A DNA stretch of 64,000 nt from an uncultured Bacilli bacterium (GCA_949451605.1 CASTSB010000002.1:116771-180770), one strand, 5' to 3'. Positions 21,356 to 32,526 are shown, counted from the stretch's first letter. Numbers and translations: made by a program. The notes: generated by a model not told the origin, from the letters alone.

Positions 21356-21718
21356 ATGATAAAAAAAGAATCTCGCAATAACATGCGTGTAATACGTCAT
21401 GAAAGAATCCGTGCTAACATTAGCGGAACTAGTACTACTCCTAGATTATGTGTATATCGTTCTAATAAAGAAATTTATGCACAAATTATAGATGATGAAA
21501 CTAGAACTACTCTTGTATCTGCTTCCTCATTAGATAAAGATCTAAAAATTGAAAATGGAAGTAATGTAGAAGCAGCAAAAGTTGTAGGAAAAGCAATTGC
21601 TGAAAAAGCAAAGAAAGCAAAAATTACAAAAGTAGTATTTGATAGAGGTGGATACCTTTATCATGGACGTGTAGAAGCTTTAGCAGATGCTGCACGTGAA
21701 AATGGATTAGAATTCTAA
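21356..21718 (+). CDS. rplR: 50S ribosomal protein L18
   Basis: Position in the operon and the sequence support L18. Confidence 0.9.
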   Translation: MIKKESRNNMRVIRHERIRANISGTSTTPRLCVYRSNKEIYAQIIDDETRTTLVSASSLDKDLKIENGSNVEAAKVVGKAIAEKAKKAKITKVVFDRGGYLYHGRVEALADAARENGLEF

Positions 21719-21730
21719 TAGGAGGGTATT

Positions 21731-22243
21731 ATGGCAGAAAGAAAATTTAAAGAAAATAATGACAAACTATTAGAAGAATTAGTAATTGACGTTAAAAGCG
21801 TTGTTAAAGTTAACAAAGGTGGACGTCAAAGAAGATATTCTGCTATAGTAGTTGTCGGAGATCGTAAAGGTAAAGTTGGATTAGGTATCGGAAAAGCTAA
21901 TGAAGTACCTGATGCAATTAAAAAAGCAATTCAAGACGCTAACAAAAATATTATTACAATACCTCTAATTGATGGAAGAACAGTTGCTCATGAAGCAATC
22001 GGTCATGCAGGAGCTGCAAGAGTTATTATTAAACCTGCAGCAGCTGGTACTGGAGTTATCGCTGGTGGATCTGTTCGTGCAGTATTAGAATTAGCAGGTG
22101 TTCGTGATGTTGTCTCTAAATCACTAGGAGCAAGAACAAAATTAAATATGGCTACAGCTGCAATGAATGCATTAAAGTCTATTAAGACTGCTGAACAAGT
22201 TGCAGAACTTCGTGGTAAAACAGTAGAGGAGATATTAGGATAA
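21731..22243 (+). CDS. rpsE: 30S ribosomal protein S5
   Basis: The [21 protein letters not shown] region matches S5. Confidence 0.95.
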   Translation: MAERKFKENNDKLLEELVIDVKSVVKVNKGGRQRRYSAIVVVGDRKGKVGLGIGKANEVPDAIKKAIQDANKNIITIPLIDGRTVAHEAIGHAGAARVIIKPAAAGTGVIAGGSVRAVLELAGVRDVVSKSLGARTKLNMATAAMNALKSIKTAEQVAELRGKTVEEILG

Positions 22244-22686
22244 TGAAATTAAATGAATTACAAAGAAATATCGGTGCTACTCATGCTAAAAAGCGTGTAG
22301 GACGTGGATCAGGTAGTGGTCTTGGTAAAACAAGTGGTCGCGGACAAAAAGGACAAAAAGCACGTAGTGGTGGTAGTATAAATCCAGTATTTGAAGGTGG
22401 ACAATTACCATTATATAGAAGAATTCCAAAAAGAGGATTCTCAAATCATATGTTCAAAACAAAATATGCTGTTATTAATATTGAAGACTTAAATGTTTTT
22501 GAAGATAATACAGTTGTAACTCCTGCATTATTAAAGGATGCTGGAATTATAAAAAATCAATTAGATGGAATCAAAGTTTTAGGAAATGGTAAACTTGAAA
22601 AGAAATTAACTATTCAAGCTAACAAATTTTCAACAAGCGCTTTAGAAAAGATTAAAGAGGCAGGAAGTAAAGCTGAGGTGATCTAA
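22243..22686 (+). CDS. rplO: 50S ribosomal protein L15
   Basis: MKLNELQ...[20 protein letters not shown] matches L15. Its start overlaps the S5 stop, leaving no room for rpmD (L30). Confidence 0.93.
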   Translation: MKLNELQRNIGATHAKKRVGRGSGSGLGKTSGRGQKGQKARSGGSINPVFEGGQLPLYRRIPKRGFSNHMFKTKYAVINIEDLNVFEDNTVVTPALLKDAGIIKNQLDGIKVLGNGKLEKKLTIQANKFSTSALEKIKEAGSKAEVI

Positions 22687-22687
22687 T

Positions 22688-23962
22688 ATGTTTAAAACTA
22701 TGAAGCAATTATTTACTTCAACGAATAAAGATTTAAGACATAGAATCTACTTTACTCTTGGAGCACTAATGATCTTCATATTAGGTATCTCTATTAGAGT
22801 TCCAGGAACAAAGGATTTAACAAGTAGTTTAGGATTCTTAGAACTTCTTAACACTATGGGTGGAGGAGCGCTAAAGAACTTTTCTATATTTGCTCTTGGA
22901 ATTATGCCTTATATTACAGCATCAATTATTATGCAACTATTACAAATGGATATTATTCCATACTTTTCAGAGCTAAATAAACAAGGAGCAACAGGAAGAC
23001 GTAAGATTAACCAAATCACTAGATACATGGGTATTGCCTTTGCATTTATTGAAGGTTATGCATTCTCATTTGCTTTCTTAGGATCTAGCTCAAATCCTAT
23101 TCAATATTTGTATATCGCAACAGTTTTAACAGCTGGTACATCTTTCCTACTTTGGTTAGGTGATCAAATTACACAAAAAGGTATAGGAAACGGTGGTAGT
23201 TTAATAATTATGGCTGGTATTATTGCTACATTACCTCAAATGTTTATTGATGCATTCAATGGACTAATAGTTTTAGATACTTCTATGCAAGTTATAACTT
23301 TAGGTATTATTAAATTTGCTTTATTCGTTATAATTTATTTTGCAATTATTATTGGAATGATATTTGTTCAAGAATCTGAAAGAAGAATACCAATCCAATA
23401 TGCAAATAAATCATCAAATGCTTATGGAAGTGCAGCTCAAAGCTTTATGCCAATTAAATTAAACTCTGCTGGAGTTGTTCCAGTAATATTTGCATCAAGC
23501 TTAATTTCAATTCCAGGAATAATAGCACAAATAATAAAGAATGAAAAATATGCTTTATTCGTACAAAAATATTTAACATATACAACTCCAGTAGGATTTG
23601 TAATATATGTTTTATTCATATTCTTGTTTGCATACTTTTATACATTTATACAATTAAAACCTGAAGAGTTTGCTAAAAACTTACAAGATAATGGTGGATA
23701 CATCCCAGGTATTAGACCAGGGGATGAAACAAAAAATTATGTTTCAAAAATATTATCAAGATTAACAATCTTAGGATCTGTTTTCTTAGTAATAATAGCA
23801 GGATTACCAATTATCTTTTCACAATTAACATCTCTTCCAACATCAGTATCTATTGGTGGAACAGGGTTATTAATTGTAGTAGGAGTTGCTCTTGAAACAT
23901 ATAAACAACTTGAAGGAAGTATTTTAACAAGAAGTTATAAAAGAGGATATAGTAGAAGGTAA
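22688..23962 (+). CDS. secY: preprotein translocase subunit SecY
   Basis: 424 aa with 10 predicted TM helices, in the conserved position after rplO. Confidence 0.93.
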   Translation: MFKTMKQLFTSTNKDLRHRIYFTLGALMIFILGISIRVPGTKDLTSSLGFLELLNTMGGGALKNFSIFALGIMPYITASIIMQLLQMDIIPYFSELNKQGATGRRKINQITRYMGIAFAFIEGYAFSFAFLGSSSNPIQYLYIATVLTAGTSFLLWLGDQITQKGIGNGGSLIIMAGIIATLPQMFIDAFNGLIVLDTSMQVITLGIIKFALFVIIYFAIIIGMIFVQESERRIPIQYANKSSNAYGSAAQSFMPIKLNSAGVVPVIFASSLISIPGIIAQIIKNEKYALFVQKYLTYTTPVGFVIYVLFIFLFAYFYTFIQLKPEEFAKNLQDNGGYIPGIRPGDETKNYVSKILSRLTILGSVFLVIIAGLPIIFSQLTSLPTSVSIGGTGLLIVVGVALETYKQLEGSILTRSYKRGYSRR

Positions 23963-23965
23963 TTT

Positions 23966-24619
23966 ATGAAAAATATTATGTTCATAGCACCACCTGCCGC
24001 TGGAAAAGGCACTCAAGCAGAATTGATTGTCGAAAAATATCATATTCCGCACATATCAACTGGAGATATCCTAAGAGAAATCTCTAAAGAAGATAGTGAA
24101 CTTGGAAATTATGTACAAGAAACATTGGCAAGTGGCAAGCTTGTAAAAGATGAAATAACATTTCAATTAATAGAAGATCGTCTTGCAAGAGATGATTGTA
24201 AAAATGGTTATATTATTGATGGCTTTCCAAGAAACATTGAACAAGCTTTAGAATATGACAAAATACTTAAGAAATTAGGTTATGATATTGGACATGTTAT
24301 TTTAATTAATATTGATGAAAAAACTTTAGAAAAAAGAATTACAGGAAGAAGAGTCTGTGAAGACTGTAAATCTATATTCAATATTAATGAAGAATCAAGT
24401 GCACCAAAAATTGATTCAGTTTGTGATAATTGTGGTGGTAAACTTTATCAACGAAATGACGATAATATCGAGTCATTTCAAACAAGATATCAAATGTATA
24501 AAGAAAAAACAGAACCAATTATTGAGCACTATAAAAGTATTAATGCTTTAAACGAAGTAGATGGAAATGATTCCATTGAAAACGTATTTAAAAAAGTAGA
24601 GTCTATCATTAGAAAATAA
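23966..24619 (+). CDS. adk: adenylate kinase (zinc-lid type)
   Basis: The P-loop APPAAGKGTQA and the lid Cys pairs CEDC...CDNC are present. Confidence 0.93.
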   Translation: MKNIMFIAPPAAGKGTQAELIVEKYHIPHISTGDILREISKEDSELGNYVQETLASGKLVKDEITFQLIEDRLARDDCKNGYIIDGFPRNIEQALEYDKILKKLGYDIGHVILINIDEKTLEKRITGRRVCEDCKSIFNINEESSAPKIDSVCDNCGGKLYQRNDDNIESFQTRYQMYKEKTEPIIEHYKSINALNEVDGNDSIENVFKKVESIIRK

Positions 24620-24888
24620 TGAAGGAAGACTTATTACTATGCAAAACGTGATTAAACTTCCTAGTTAGTTAATGATATCTACTAAATATTAGAAGTATCT
24701 TAAACCATAAATAAAAGAAGGTCTTTATATAATTATTCAACAAGAATCCTTCTTTTAAGGGATACGAATGTTTCCCTACAGCTCTAAAATCAGTGTGAAA
24801 AGAGAACACTGTAGGTGAAGTAGATAATAGATTTACACTGAATCATTAATTATAATATATAATGAAGTGTTTAATAGGAGAGAAAATA

Positions 24889-25104
24889 ATGGCTAAAGAG
24901 GATACAATAGAAATTGAAGGAAAAGTTCTTGAAATTATTCCAGGAGGAAAATTTAAAGTTCAACTAGAAAATGGACACATTGTGGAAGCTCACGTTTCTG
25001 GTAAAATACGAATGAATTATATTCGTATCTTAGCAGGGGATACCGTAATGATAGAACTTTCACCTTATGATTTAACACGTGGGCGTATAACCTATCGTAA
25101 ATAA
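24889..25104 (+). CDS. infA: translation initiation factor IF-1
   Basis: [13 protein letters not shown]...ITYRK matches IF-1. ATG 24889 follows RBS aggagag. Confidence 0.9.
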   Translation: MAKEDTIEIEGKVLEIIPGGKFKVQLENGHIVEAHVSGKIRMNYIRILAGDTVMIELSPYDLTRGRITYRK

Positions 25105-25118
25105 TAGGAGGGAAATTT

Positions 25119-25232
25119 ATGAAAGTAAAAGCATCAGTTAAACCAATTTGCGAAAAATGCAAAGTTGTAAAACGTAAAGGAAAAATAAGAATTATTTGTG
25201 AAAATCCAAAACACAAACAAGTTCAAGGTTAA
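25119..25232 (+). CDS. rpmJ: 50S ribosomal protein L36
   Basis: A 37-aa [40 protein letters not shown], with RBS ggaggg. It is below the ORF-track length cutoff. Confidence 0.85.
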   Translation: MKVKASVKPICEKCKVVKRKGKIRIICENPKHKQVQG

Positions 25233-25253
25233 TAAAAATAGGAGGTGTGTTTA

Positions 25254-25622
25254 ATGGCACGTATTAAAGGTGTAGACATTCCAAATGACAAACATATTTG
25301 TATATCATTAACTTACATTTATGGAATTGGAAGAAGTCTTGCAAAACAAATTCTAAAAGAAGTAAATATTGAACCAACAACTAAAACTGGAGAATTATCT
25401 CAAGAAGATTTAGTTAAAATCCGTGACGAAATCAACAAACATTTAACAGAAGGAGATTTACGTCGTGAAATTAATATGAACATCAAAACAAAGATGGAAA
25501 TTAATTCATACGAAGGAAGTCGTCATAAAAAAGGATTACCTGTAAGAGGACAAAGAACTAATCGTAATGCTCGTACTCGTAAGGGTAAAGGAAAAACAGT
25601 AGCAAATAAGAAGAAAGTTTAG
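25254..25622 (+). CDS. rpsM: 30S ribosomal protein S13
   Basis: [13 protein letters not shown]... matches S13. RBS ggaggtg upstream. Confidence 0.93.
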   Translation: MARIKGVDIPNDKHICISLTYIYGIGRSLAKQILKEVNIEPTTKTGELSQEDLVKIRDEINKHLTEGDLRREINMNIKTKMEINSYEGSRHKKGLPVRGQRTNRNARTRKGKGKTVANKKKV

Positions 25623-25657
25623 TTAAAAACGAAAGTTAAAAAAAGGAGGTAAGACTT

Positions 25658-26041
25658 ATGGCATATAAGACTAGAAAGAAAAAAGTTAAAAAGAATGTAC
25701 CTGAAGGTATAGCAAATATTCATTCAACATTTAACAATACAATAACTACAATTACTGATCAAGAAGGTAATGTAATTAGTTGGGCATCATCTGGAGCAAT
25801 TGGATTCAAAGGAAGTAAGAAATCTACTCCATTTGCTGCTGGTATGGCTGCAGAAGCTGCTGGAAAAGCTGCTTATGATATGGGAATGAGAAAAGTAGAT
25901 GTACGTGTAAAAGGTTTAGGACCAGGACGTGAAACAGCTATTCGTTCATTACAAACAGCAGGATTAGAAGTTACTGCTATTTCAGACGTTACACCAATCC
26001 CACACAATGGATGTCGTCCACCAAAACGTCCTCGTGGATAG
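25658..26041 (+). CDS. rpsK: 30S ribosomal protein S11
   Basis: The [16 protein letters not shown] region matches S11. Confidence 0.93.
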   Translation: MAYKTRKKKVKKNVPEGIANIHSTFNNTITTITDQEGNVISWASSGAIGFKGSKKSTPFAAGMAAEAAGKAAYDMGMRKVDVRVKGLGPGRETAIRSLQTAGLEVTAISDVTPIPHNGCRPPKRPRG

Positions 26042-26095
26042 TTTTAAAGCATGATAAACAAATTTTGTGGAAAATAATAAAGGGAGGTTAGTTCC

Positions 26096-27046
26096 ATGTT
26101 ACAATTTGAAAAACCAATTTATAAAATAACTGATTCTATAGAAAGTAATTTCTATGGAAGATTCGAATTAGAACCATTAGAAAGAGGTTTCGGTACTACT
26201 ATAGGTAATGCTCTAAGAAGAGTAATGTTATCATCATTACCAGGTAGTGCAATTAGTAGTATCAAAATAGATGGAATACTTCATGAATTCCAAACAATCG
26301 ATGGAGTATATGAAGATGTAACTACTATTATTTTAAATTTAAAAGGTGTAGTATTTAAAAATCATTCTAACGAACCAAAGGTAGTACGTATTAATGCTAC
26401 TAAAGAAGGTGAAGTTACTGCAGGAGATATCGAATGTGACGCTGATATTGAAGTAATCAATAAAGATAAAGTAATTTGTACTCTATCAAAAGGTGCTACA
26501 TTTAATATGGAAATGACAGTAACTAACGGTCGTGGATATGTTAGAAGCGAAGAAAATAAGAAAATCTATGACATCAAGAAAAAAGGTGTTATCGCTGTTG
26601 ATTCAATTTATTCTCCTATTGAAAGAGTATCATATGAAGTTGTAAGTGCTCGTGTAGGACAAGATGAAAGCTATGATAAACTAATACTAGATGTATGGAC
26701 AAACGGTTCAATTAAACCAGAAGAAGCTATTGCTTTAGCATCTCGTATCTTAATTGAACATTTCAATATTCTTACTGACTTATCAGCAATCGCAGACGTA
26801 AGTGGTATGATGATTGAAAAAACTGAAGATCCAAAAGTAAAAGCTTTAGAAACATCAATAGAAGATTTAGATTTCTCAGTAAGAGCATATAACTGCTTAA
26901 AACGAGATGGTATTCACACTTTACAAGATCTTGTTAATAAGAGTGAATCAGATATGATGAGAATTCGAAACCTAGGTAAAAAATCTCTAAAAGAAGTTTT
27001 AGACAAAATTAGAGAAATGGGTTTAGTATTACGTGATGACGATTAA
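26096..27046 (+). CDS. rpoA: DNA-directed RNA polymerase subunit alpha
   Basis: 316 aa with the N-terminal and C-terminal alpha domains. Confidence 0.93.
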   Translation: MLQFEKPIYKITDSIESNFYGRFELEPLERGFGTTIGNALRRVMLSSLPGSAISSIKIDGILHEFQTIDGVYEDVTTIILNLKGVVFKNHSNEPKVVRINATKEGEVTAGDIECDADIEVINKDKVICTLSKGATFNMEMTVTNGRGYVRSEENKKIYDIKKKGVIAVDSIYSPIERVSYEVVSARVGQDESYDKLILDVWTNGSIKPEEAIALASRILIEHFNILTDLSAIADVSGMMIEKTEDPKVKALETSIEDLDFSVRAYNCLKRDGIHTLQDLVNKSESDMMRIRNLGKKSLKEVLDKIREMGLVLRDDD

Positions 27047-27065
27047 AAGATAAGGAGGAATAACT

Positions 27066-27419
27066 ATGGCATATAGAAAATTAGGAAGAGATAATAAACA
27101 TAGAAGAAGTATGCTTGCTACTATGACTAAACAAGTAGTTTTAAACGAAAGTATTACAACTACTGAAACTAGAGCCAAAGAAGTTCGTAAATTCGTTGAA
27201 AAAATGATTACTTACGGAAAAAAAGGTGATTTAGTTTCTCGTCGTAAAGCTTTAGCATTCTTACATAATGATACTGAAGTTGTTGATAAAATTTTCAATG
27301 ATTTAGCAAAACGTTATGAAAATAGAAATGGCGGATATACTCAAATTTTAAAATTAACTGAAAGACGTGGAGATGACGCTTTAATGGTTATTTTAAAATT
27401 AGTAGATGAAGCAAACTAG
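27066..27419 (+). CDS. rplQ: 50S ribosomal protein L17
   Basis: [18 protein letters not shown]... matches L17. Confidence 0.93.
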   Translation: MAYRKLGRDNKHRRSMLATMTKQVVLNESITTTETRAKEVRKFVEKMITYGKKGDLVSRRKALAFLHNDTEVVDKIFNDLAKRYENRNGGYTQILKLTERRGDDALMVILKLVDEAN

Positions 27420-27428
27420 TAAATAATA

Positions 27429-27458
27429 AATCAGTGTTAAAATACACTGATTTTTCTT
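27429..27458 (+). terminator. rho-independent terminator of the alpha operon
   Basis: aatcagtgt-taaaat-acactgatt hairpin followed by tttt. Confidence 0.6.
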
Positions 27459-27525
27459 TTGTTTTCTTGTAAGTACGTATTATAATATACATGAACAATT
27501 AATTATTTGAGAGGAAGTATTTATA

Positions 27526-29316
27526 ATGGATATAGTTGTTTCAATTTTAAAAATGTTAGGTGGATTAGTATTACTTATATATGGAATGAAAATATTAAGT
27601 TCAAATTTAAAAAAATTATCTGGAGGCAAATTAGAAAAGATTCTTCTAAATGTAACTAATAATGTTTTTAAGGCACTTCTAGTAGGATTTCTAATAACTG
27701 TAGTAACTCATAGTTCTGCAGCAACTACTGTTATTGTGGTGGGCCTTGTAGGAGCAAATATTTTGACTCTAAAAAATGCAATACCTATAATTATGGGAGC
27801 AAATATTGGAACTACTATGAATTCACAAATTTTAAGATTGGCAAACATCAGCAGTAATAGCCTATTAAGTCTTTTAACCCCAGAATGTTTTGCTCCAATA
27901 CTTTTAATAGTTGGATTACTGATTTTAGAAAAAGGAAAAAAGCAAAAAACAAAAGACATTGGTAGTCTGATAATGGGGTTAGGTCTTATATTTACAGGAA
28001 TGATGACTATGATGAATGTAGCATCCACATTTAGTGAATTACCTATATTAACTACTATATTACAAAAGTTATCAAATCCTTTATTAGGTGTTATTGCTGG
28101 AGCAATAGTTACAGCTATAGTTCAAAGTTCATCAGCAACTATTGGTATTTTACAAGCTCTATCAACAACAGGGCTAATTACTTATAATACTATCATTCCT
28201 ATAGTCTTAGGACAAAATATTGGAACATGTGTTACTTCAATATTTGCATCAATTGGAGGAAATATAAATTCTAAAAGAGTTGCTGCTGTTCATTTATATT
28301 TTAATTTAATTGGAACAATAATTTTTCTTATTGGTATTTACTCATATCAGTCCTTTATGGGATTTAGTTTTTGGCAAGATGCTGTAGATATGGGAAGAAT
28401 AGCAGATTTTCATACAATATTTAATGTAGTTTCAACTTTAGTATTACTTCCATTCTTGAACCAATTAGAAAAATTGACTATTCTAACTGTTAGAGAGAGC
28501 AAAAAGAATAAAGACGAAGATTTAGAAGAATCAAATCACTTAGTAGTTTTAAATACACTTGATGATAAATTTAAGACAATTCCAACAATCGCAATATCAA
28601 ATAGTAGTAAAGTAATTTCAACTATGTCAGATCTTTCTTTAAAAAACTTTTTACGAAGTATAAAACTAGTAGAAAAATATGATTATAAGTTATTAGATAA
28701 AATACAAAATTGTGAAGACAATATCGATAAAATGGAAGAAGAAGTAACAAAATACTTAGTTGGTCTTGAAAATTTAGACTTAACAATTGAAGATAATGAG
28801 ATAATAAGTTCACTATTAAATATCGAAAGCGAATTTGAAAAAGTTGGAGACTATTCATATAGACTAGCTAAAACACTTGAAAATATGAATGAAAAAGATT
28901 TGGACTTTTCAAAAATTGCTAAGCAGGAATTAAAAATAATGTTTGATATTACCGAAGAAACTATTATTAAGACACAAAAGTTATATAAAACTAAAAATAT
29001 AAAAAAAGGAATAGATATTGAAGCTTTAAAAGAATTTTATGGATTAAAAAAAGAAGAAATTAAAGCTATTCATATCAATAGATTAAAAAGAGGTTCCTGC
29101 AATGTTGAAAGCGGTATAGCATTCTTAGAAATACTAAACATTTGTGAAAGTATAATTAAACATTGTGAAAATGTTTCAGAAATATCGCTAATATATACGA
29201 AGAAGACAGACAATAACGAAAATGAATTCAAAGTAAATAATTTAACAGATAAATTTAAAAATGAAATTTCAACAAGATTAAAAAGCTATAAGAAGAAATA
29301 TAATTTTAATTATTAA
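27526..29316 (+). CDS. Na/Pi-cotransporter II-related protein with C-terminal PhoU-like domain
   Basis: 596 aa. The N-terminal membrane domain (about 8 TM, MLGGLVLLIYGMKILSSNLKKLSGGKLEKIL) and a cytoplasmic helical C-terminus fit this family. Confidence 0.7.
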   Translation: MDIVVSILKMLGGLVLLIYGMKILSSNLKKLSGGKLEKILLNVTNNVFKALLVGFLITVVTHSSAATTVIVVGLVGANILTLKNAIPIIMGANIGTTMNSQILRLANISSNSLLSLLTPECFAPILLIVGLLILEKGKKQKTKDIGSLIMGLGLIFTGMMTMMNVASTFSELPILTTILQKLSNPLLGVIAGAIVTAIVQSSSATIGILQALSTTGLITYNTIIPIVLGQNIGTCVTSIFASIGGNINSKRVAAVHLYFNLIGTIIFLIGIYSYQSFMGFSFWQDAVDMGRIADFHTIFNVVSTLVLLPFLNQLEKLTILTVRESKKNKDEDLEESNHLVVLNTLDDKFKTIPTIAISNSSKVISTMSDLSLKNFLRSIKLVEKYDYKLLDKIQNCEDNIDKMEEEVTKYLVGLENLDLTIEDNEIISSLLNIESEFEKVGDYSYRLAKTLENMNEKDLDFSKIAKQELKIMFDITEETIIKTQKLYKTKNIKKGIDIEALKEFYGLKKEEIKAIHINRLKRGSCNVESGIAFLEILNICESIIKHCENVSEISLIYTKKTDNNENEFKVNNLTDKFKNEISTRLKSYKKKYNFNY

Positions 29317-29391
29317 TACTACTTTAAAGCATTGATAAATATGACAAAAAATTAATTAAATGCTATAATTAAACTAATAGAGGTGATGAAT

Positions 29392-30144
29392 ATGAAAGCA
29401 CTTATCACAGGGGCATCATCAGGTATTGGACTAGACATGGCAAAGTATTTAGCTACAAAAAAATGTGAGCTTATATTAGTTGCTAAAAATAAAGAAAAGT
29501 TAGAAAAAGTACAAGAAAGTTTACCTACTAAAGTTACTATAATTGTTGCAGATCTTTCTAATGAACAAAAGGTAAAGGAATTATATGCATTAATAAAAAA
29601 AGAAGATATTGATATACTAATAAATAATGCAGGCTTTGGCTTATTTGGAAACTTTACAGATACAGACTTATCAACTGAATTAGATATGATAAATACAAAT
29701 ATTAGGGCTGTTCATATTTTGACTAAATTTGTGTTAAAAGATATGGAAAAGAAAAACTCTGGCTATATATTAAATGTTGCATCTTCAGCTGCTTTTCAAC
29801 CAGGTCCACTTATGAGTACATATTATGCAACTAAATCTTATGTTTATCAGTTAAGTGAAGCACTTTATTATGAACAAAAAAAGAAAAAGTCTAATGTTCA
29901 TATATCAGTCCTTTGCCCAGGTCCAGTAGATACCAACTTTAATAATGTTGCGAAAGTAAGATTTGCAGTAAAACCTCTTAATAGTGGATACGTGGCAAGA
30001 TATGCAATAGATAAAATGTTTGATAATAAAATGTTAATAATACCAGGCTTTAAAATGAAGTGTGCAAAATTCTTTAGTAGATTTGCATCTGACAAATTAT
30101 TACTTAAAATTATATATAGAATACAAAGAAGAAAAGCCAATTAA
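29392..30144 (+). CDS. SDR-family oxidoreductase
   Basis: TGASSGIG Rossmann motif, NNAG, and a Y-x3-K-like active-site region YATKSYV. Confidence 0.8.
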   Translation: MKALITGASSGIGLDMAKYLATKKCELILVAKNKEKLEKVQESLPTKVTIIVADLSNEQKVKELYALIKKEDIDILINNAGFGLFGNFTDTDLSTELDMINTNIRAVHILTKFVLKDMEKKNSGYILNVASSAAFQPGPLMSTYYATKSYVYQLSEALYYEQKKKKSNVHISVLCPGPVDTNFNNVAKVRFAVKPLNSGYVARYAIDKMFDNKMLIIPGFKMKCAKFFSRFASDKLLLKIIYRIQRRKAN

Positions 30145-30199
30145 AAGTTGGTTTTTTATTTCTATTAATATATAATATACATTGACGGGAGGTGGGCAA

Positions 30200-30994
30200 A
30201 TGGAAAATATAATAGAAATAAATAATCTTAATTATAAAAATATCTTTTCTAATTTTTCCATAAGCCTGCCTAAAAACAAATTCATATCAATCGCTGGATC
30301 AAATAATTGTGGGAAAACAACTTTAGTAAGAATTTTAGATAAAGAAATAGAAACTTCTTCAGAAATTCTTATAAATGCAAAGCCAATAAGTCAATATAAA
30401 ATAACAGAATACTATAAAACTGTCAGGACCATAATCCCAAAGGAATATATAAACACTTTTGCAACTATTGAAGAAGAGCTTAATAATAATCTTGATCAAT
30501 TATTTATTAGCAAAGAAGAGAAAAATAAAAGGATAAAAAGTATCTATAAAAACTTATCTTTAAATCGTATTAAAAAAGATAATATTACTGAACTTTCTAT
30601 AGAAGATTTCATAAGACTTCAAATAGCTGTAGCTGTTTCTTCTATGCCTAAAATTTTAATTATTGATGATATAAGTCCATATTTTTCTGAAGAAGAGATC
30701 TTAGAAGTAATATCTTATTTTAAATATTTGGTATCAAACTATGATTTATCTATTATATTGATTACTAGTAGATTAGATGACGTTATCACTTCTGACTATT
30801 TATATATAATTCATGATAGTAGTATTATCCTAGAAGGTAATCCTATTGATGTCATGAAAAAAGACAATATTTTAAATAGAATAGGTTTAAAGGTACCTTT
30901 TATGATTGACTTATCTGTAAAACTACAAGATTATGCACTGATCGATAATATCGAATTAGATATAGATAGGATGGTGGATAAATTATGGAAATAG
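30200..30994 (+). CDS. ABC-type ATPase, EcfA-like but degenerate
   Basis: The Walker A GSNNCGKTT is present. The signature (LSIEDF), Walker B (LIIDDIS, no catalytic Glu) and H-loop are divergent. Confidence 0.55.
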   Translation: MENIIEINNLNYKNIFSNFSISLPKNKFISIAGSNNCGKTTLVRILDKEIETSSEILINAKPISQYKITEYYKTVRTIIPKEYINTFATIEEELNNNLDQLFISKEEKNKRIKSIYKNLSLNRIKKDNITELSIEDFIRLQIAVAVSSMPKILIIDDISPYFSEEEILEVISYFKYLVSNYDLSIILITSRLDDVITSDYLYIIHDSSIILEGNPIDVMKKDNILNRIGLKVPFMIDLSVKLQDYALIDNIELDIDRMVDKLWK

Positions 30995-31776
30995 TTATGA
31001 TAAATCATAAATTAGAAGATGAAGAGTTAAATCTAGTTATTCCACATAATAAAATTATTGGTTTAGTTAATGATAAAAGTAATAAAATATTTGATTTAAT
31101 TAGTTTAAAAAAAATAGGTAAAGGCAAGATCCTTATAAATAATGAAAAGATTGTTAAAGAAGATATTATTATTCATAGAAAAAGAATTTCAAGAGTAGAA
31201 GATAATATAGATATTCCAAGATTTATTTTAACAGTTGAAGACTTTATGAATATGGAATTTAAAAACAATAATTTGAGTATAAAAAATCCAGACAAAAAAA
31301 TAAGAGATTCTCTTAAAATTGTTGGATTAAATGACAATTATGTAACAAGAACAATAACTTCGCTTTCTAATTCTGAAAAAAAATTAATTTTAATAGCTAA
31401 GGCTTTGTTATCTAATCCAGATACAATCATTTTAGAAGAACCATTTAAATATTTAGATCTAAATCAAGAAAAAAGACTTTTTATGCTTTTATTGAAATTA
31501 AAGGAACAATTTAATAAAACAATTGTATTAAAAAGCGGAGATACAAATAGTATCTATAATTATACAACAGAAGTAATAATTGTTAAAAATGATAATATTT
31601 TAATGCAAGGGGAAACCAAAGAATCATTTCATAGAGTAGATTTTCTAAAAAGAAATGGTATTAAAATACCTAATTGTGTAAAATTTACTTATTTGGCAAA
31701 AAAAGAAAAAGATGTTAAAATAGAATATCACAGCGATATAAGAGATATAATAAAAGATATTTATAAACATGTTTAG
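30985..31776 (+). CDS. ABC-ATPase-like protein, strongly degenerate (no Walker A)
   Basis: Signature-like LSNSEKK and Walker-B-like IILEEPFKYLD are present. The P-loop is replaced by GLVNDKSNK. Confidence 0.5.
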   Translation: MEIVMINHKLEDEELNLVIPHNKIIGLVNDKSNKIFDLISLKKIGKGKILINNEKIVKEDIIIHRKRISRVEDNIDIPRFILTVEDFMNMEFKNNNLSIKNPDKKIRDSLKIVGLNDNYVTRTITSLSNSEKKLILIAKALLSNPDTIILEEPFKYLDLNQEKRLFMLLLKLKEQFNKTIVLKSGDTNSIYNYTTEVIIVKNDNILMQGETKESFHRVDFLKRNGIKIPNCVKFTYLAKKEKDVKIEYHSDIRDIIKDIYKHV

Positions 31777-31794
31777 TTCATAGGTGGTGCTTAT

Positions 31795-32526
31795 ATGAGG
31801 TTTTTAATAAAGTTTAGTTATGATGGTTCAAATTACGGAGGTTTTCAGACTCAGCCTAATATGAAAACAGTCCAAGAAGAGCTAGAAAAAGCTTTAACTA
31901 AAGTTAATAATGGCAACAAGACTTCTATTACCGCAACGGGAAGAACTGACAAAGGAGTTCATGCTTTATGTCAGTATGGACATGCAGACTTAAATATTGA
32001 AATTACTGAATATAAGCTTAAACGAGCTTTAAATAGTAATTTGCCAGAAGATATACATGTAATTAGTACAAAAATAGTACCAGATAATTTTCATGCTAGA
32101 TACTATGTTAAAAAGAAAGAATATAAATATTATATGAACTTAGGAGAATATAATCCTTTAGAAAGGAATTATGTTTTTCAATATAATTATAAAATTAATG
32201 TAGAAGCAATGTCTAAAGCAATAAAGTATTTTGAAGGAGAACATGATTTTAAAGCTTTCGTAACAGATAACAAAGAAAGAGAAAACTGTGTTAGAAAAAT
32301 ATTTAAAGCATCAATTTATCAACAAGAAAATAAACTAGTATTTACATTTATAGGAAATGGCTTTTTAAGATATCAAGTAAGAAATATGATAGGTTATTTA
32401 ATAAAAATAGGAGAGGAAAAAGCTACTCCTGAAAGTGTAATTAAAGTACTTGAAAGTAAAGATAGAACTAAGTCTGGAAAAACTGCTCCAGCAGAAGGCT
32501 TATATCTATATAACGTAGAATACTAA
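31795..32526 (+). CDS. truA: tRNA pseudouridine(38-40) synthase
   Basis: MRFLIKFSYDGSNYGGFQTQPN...GRTDKGVHA catalytic Asp motif. Confidence 0.9.
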   Translation: MRFLIKFSYDGSNYGGFQTQPNMKTVQEELEKALTKVNNGNKTSITATGRTDKGVHALCQYGHADLNIEITEYKLKRALNSNLPEDIHVISTKIVPDNFHARYYVKKKEYKYYMNLGEYNPLERNYVFQYNYKINVEAMSKAIKYFEGEHDFKAFVTDNKERENCVRKIFKASIYQQENKLVFTFIGNGFLRYQVRNMIGYLIKIGEEKATPESVIKVLESKDRTKSGKTAPAEGLYLYNVEY

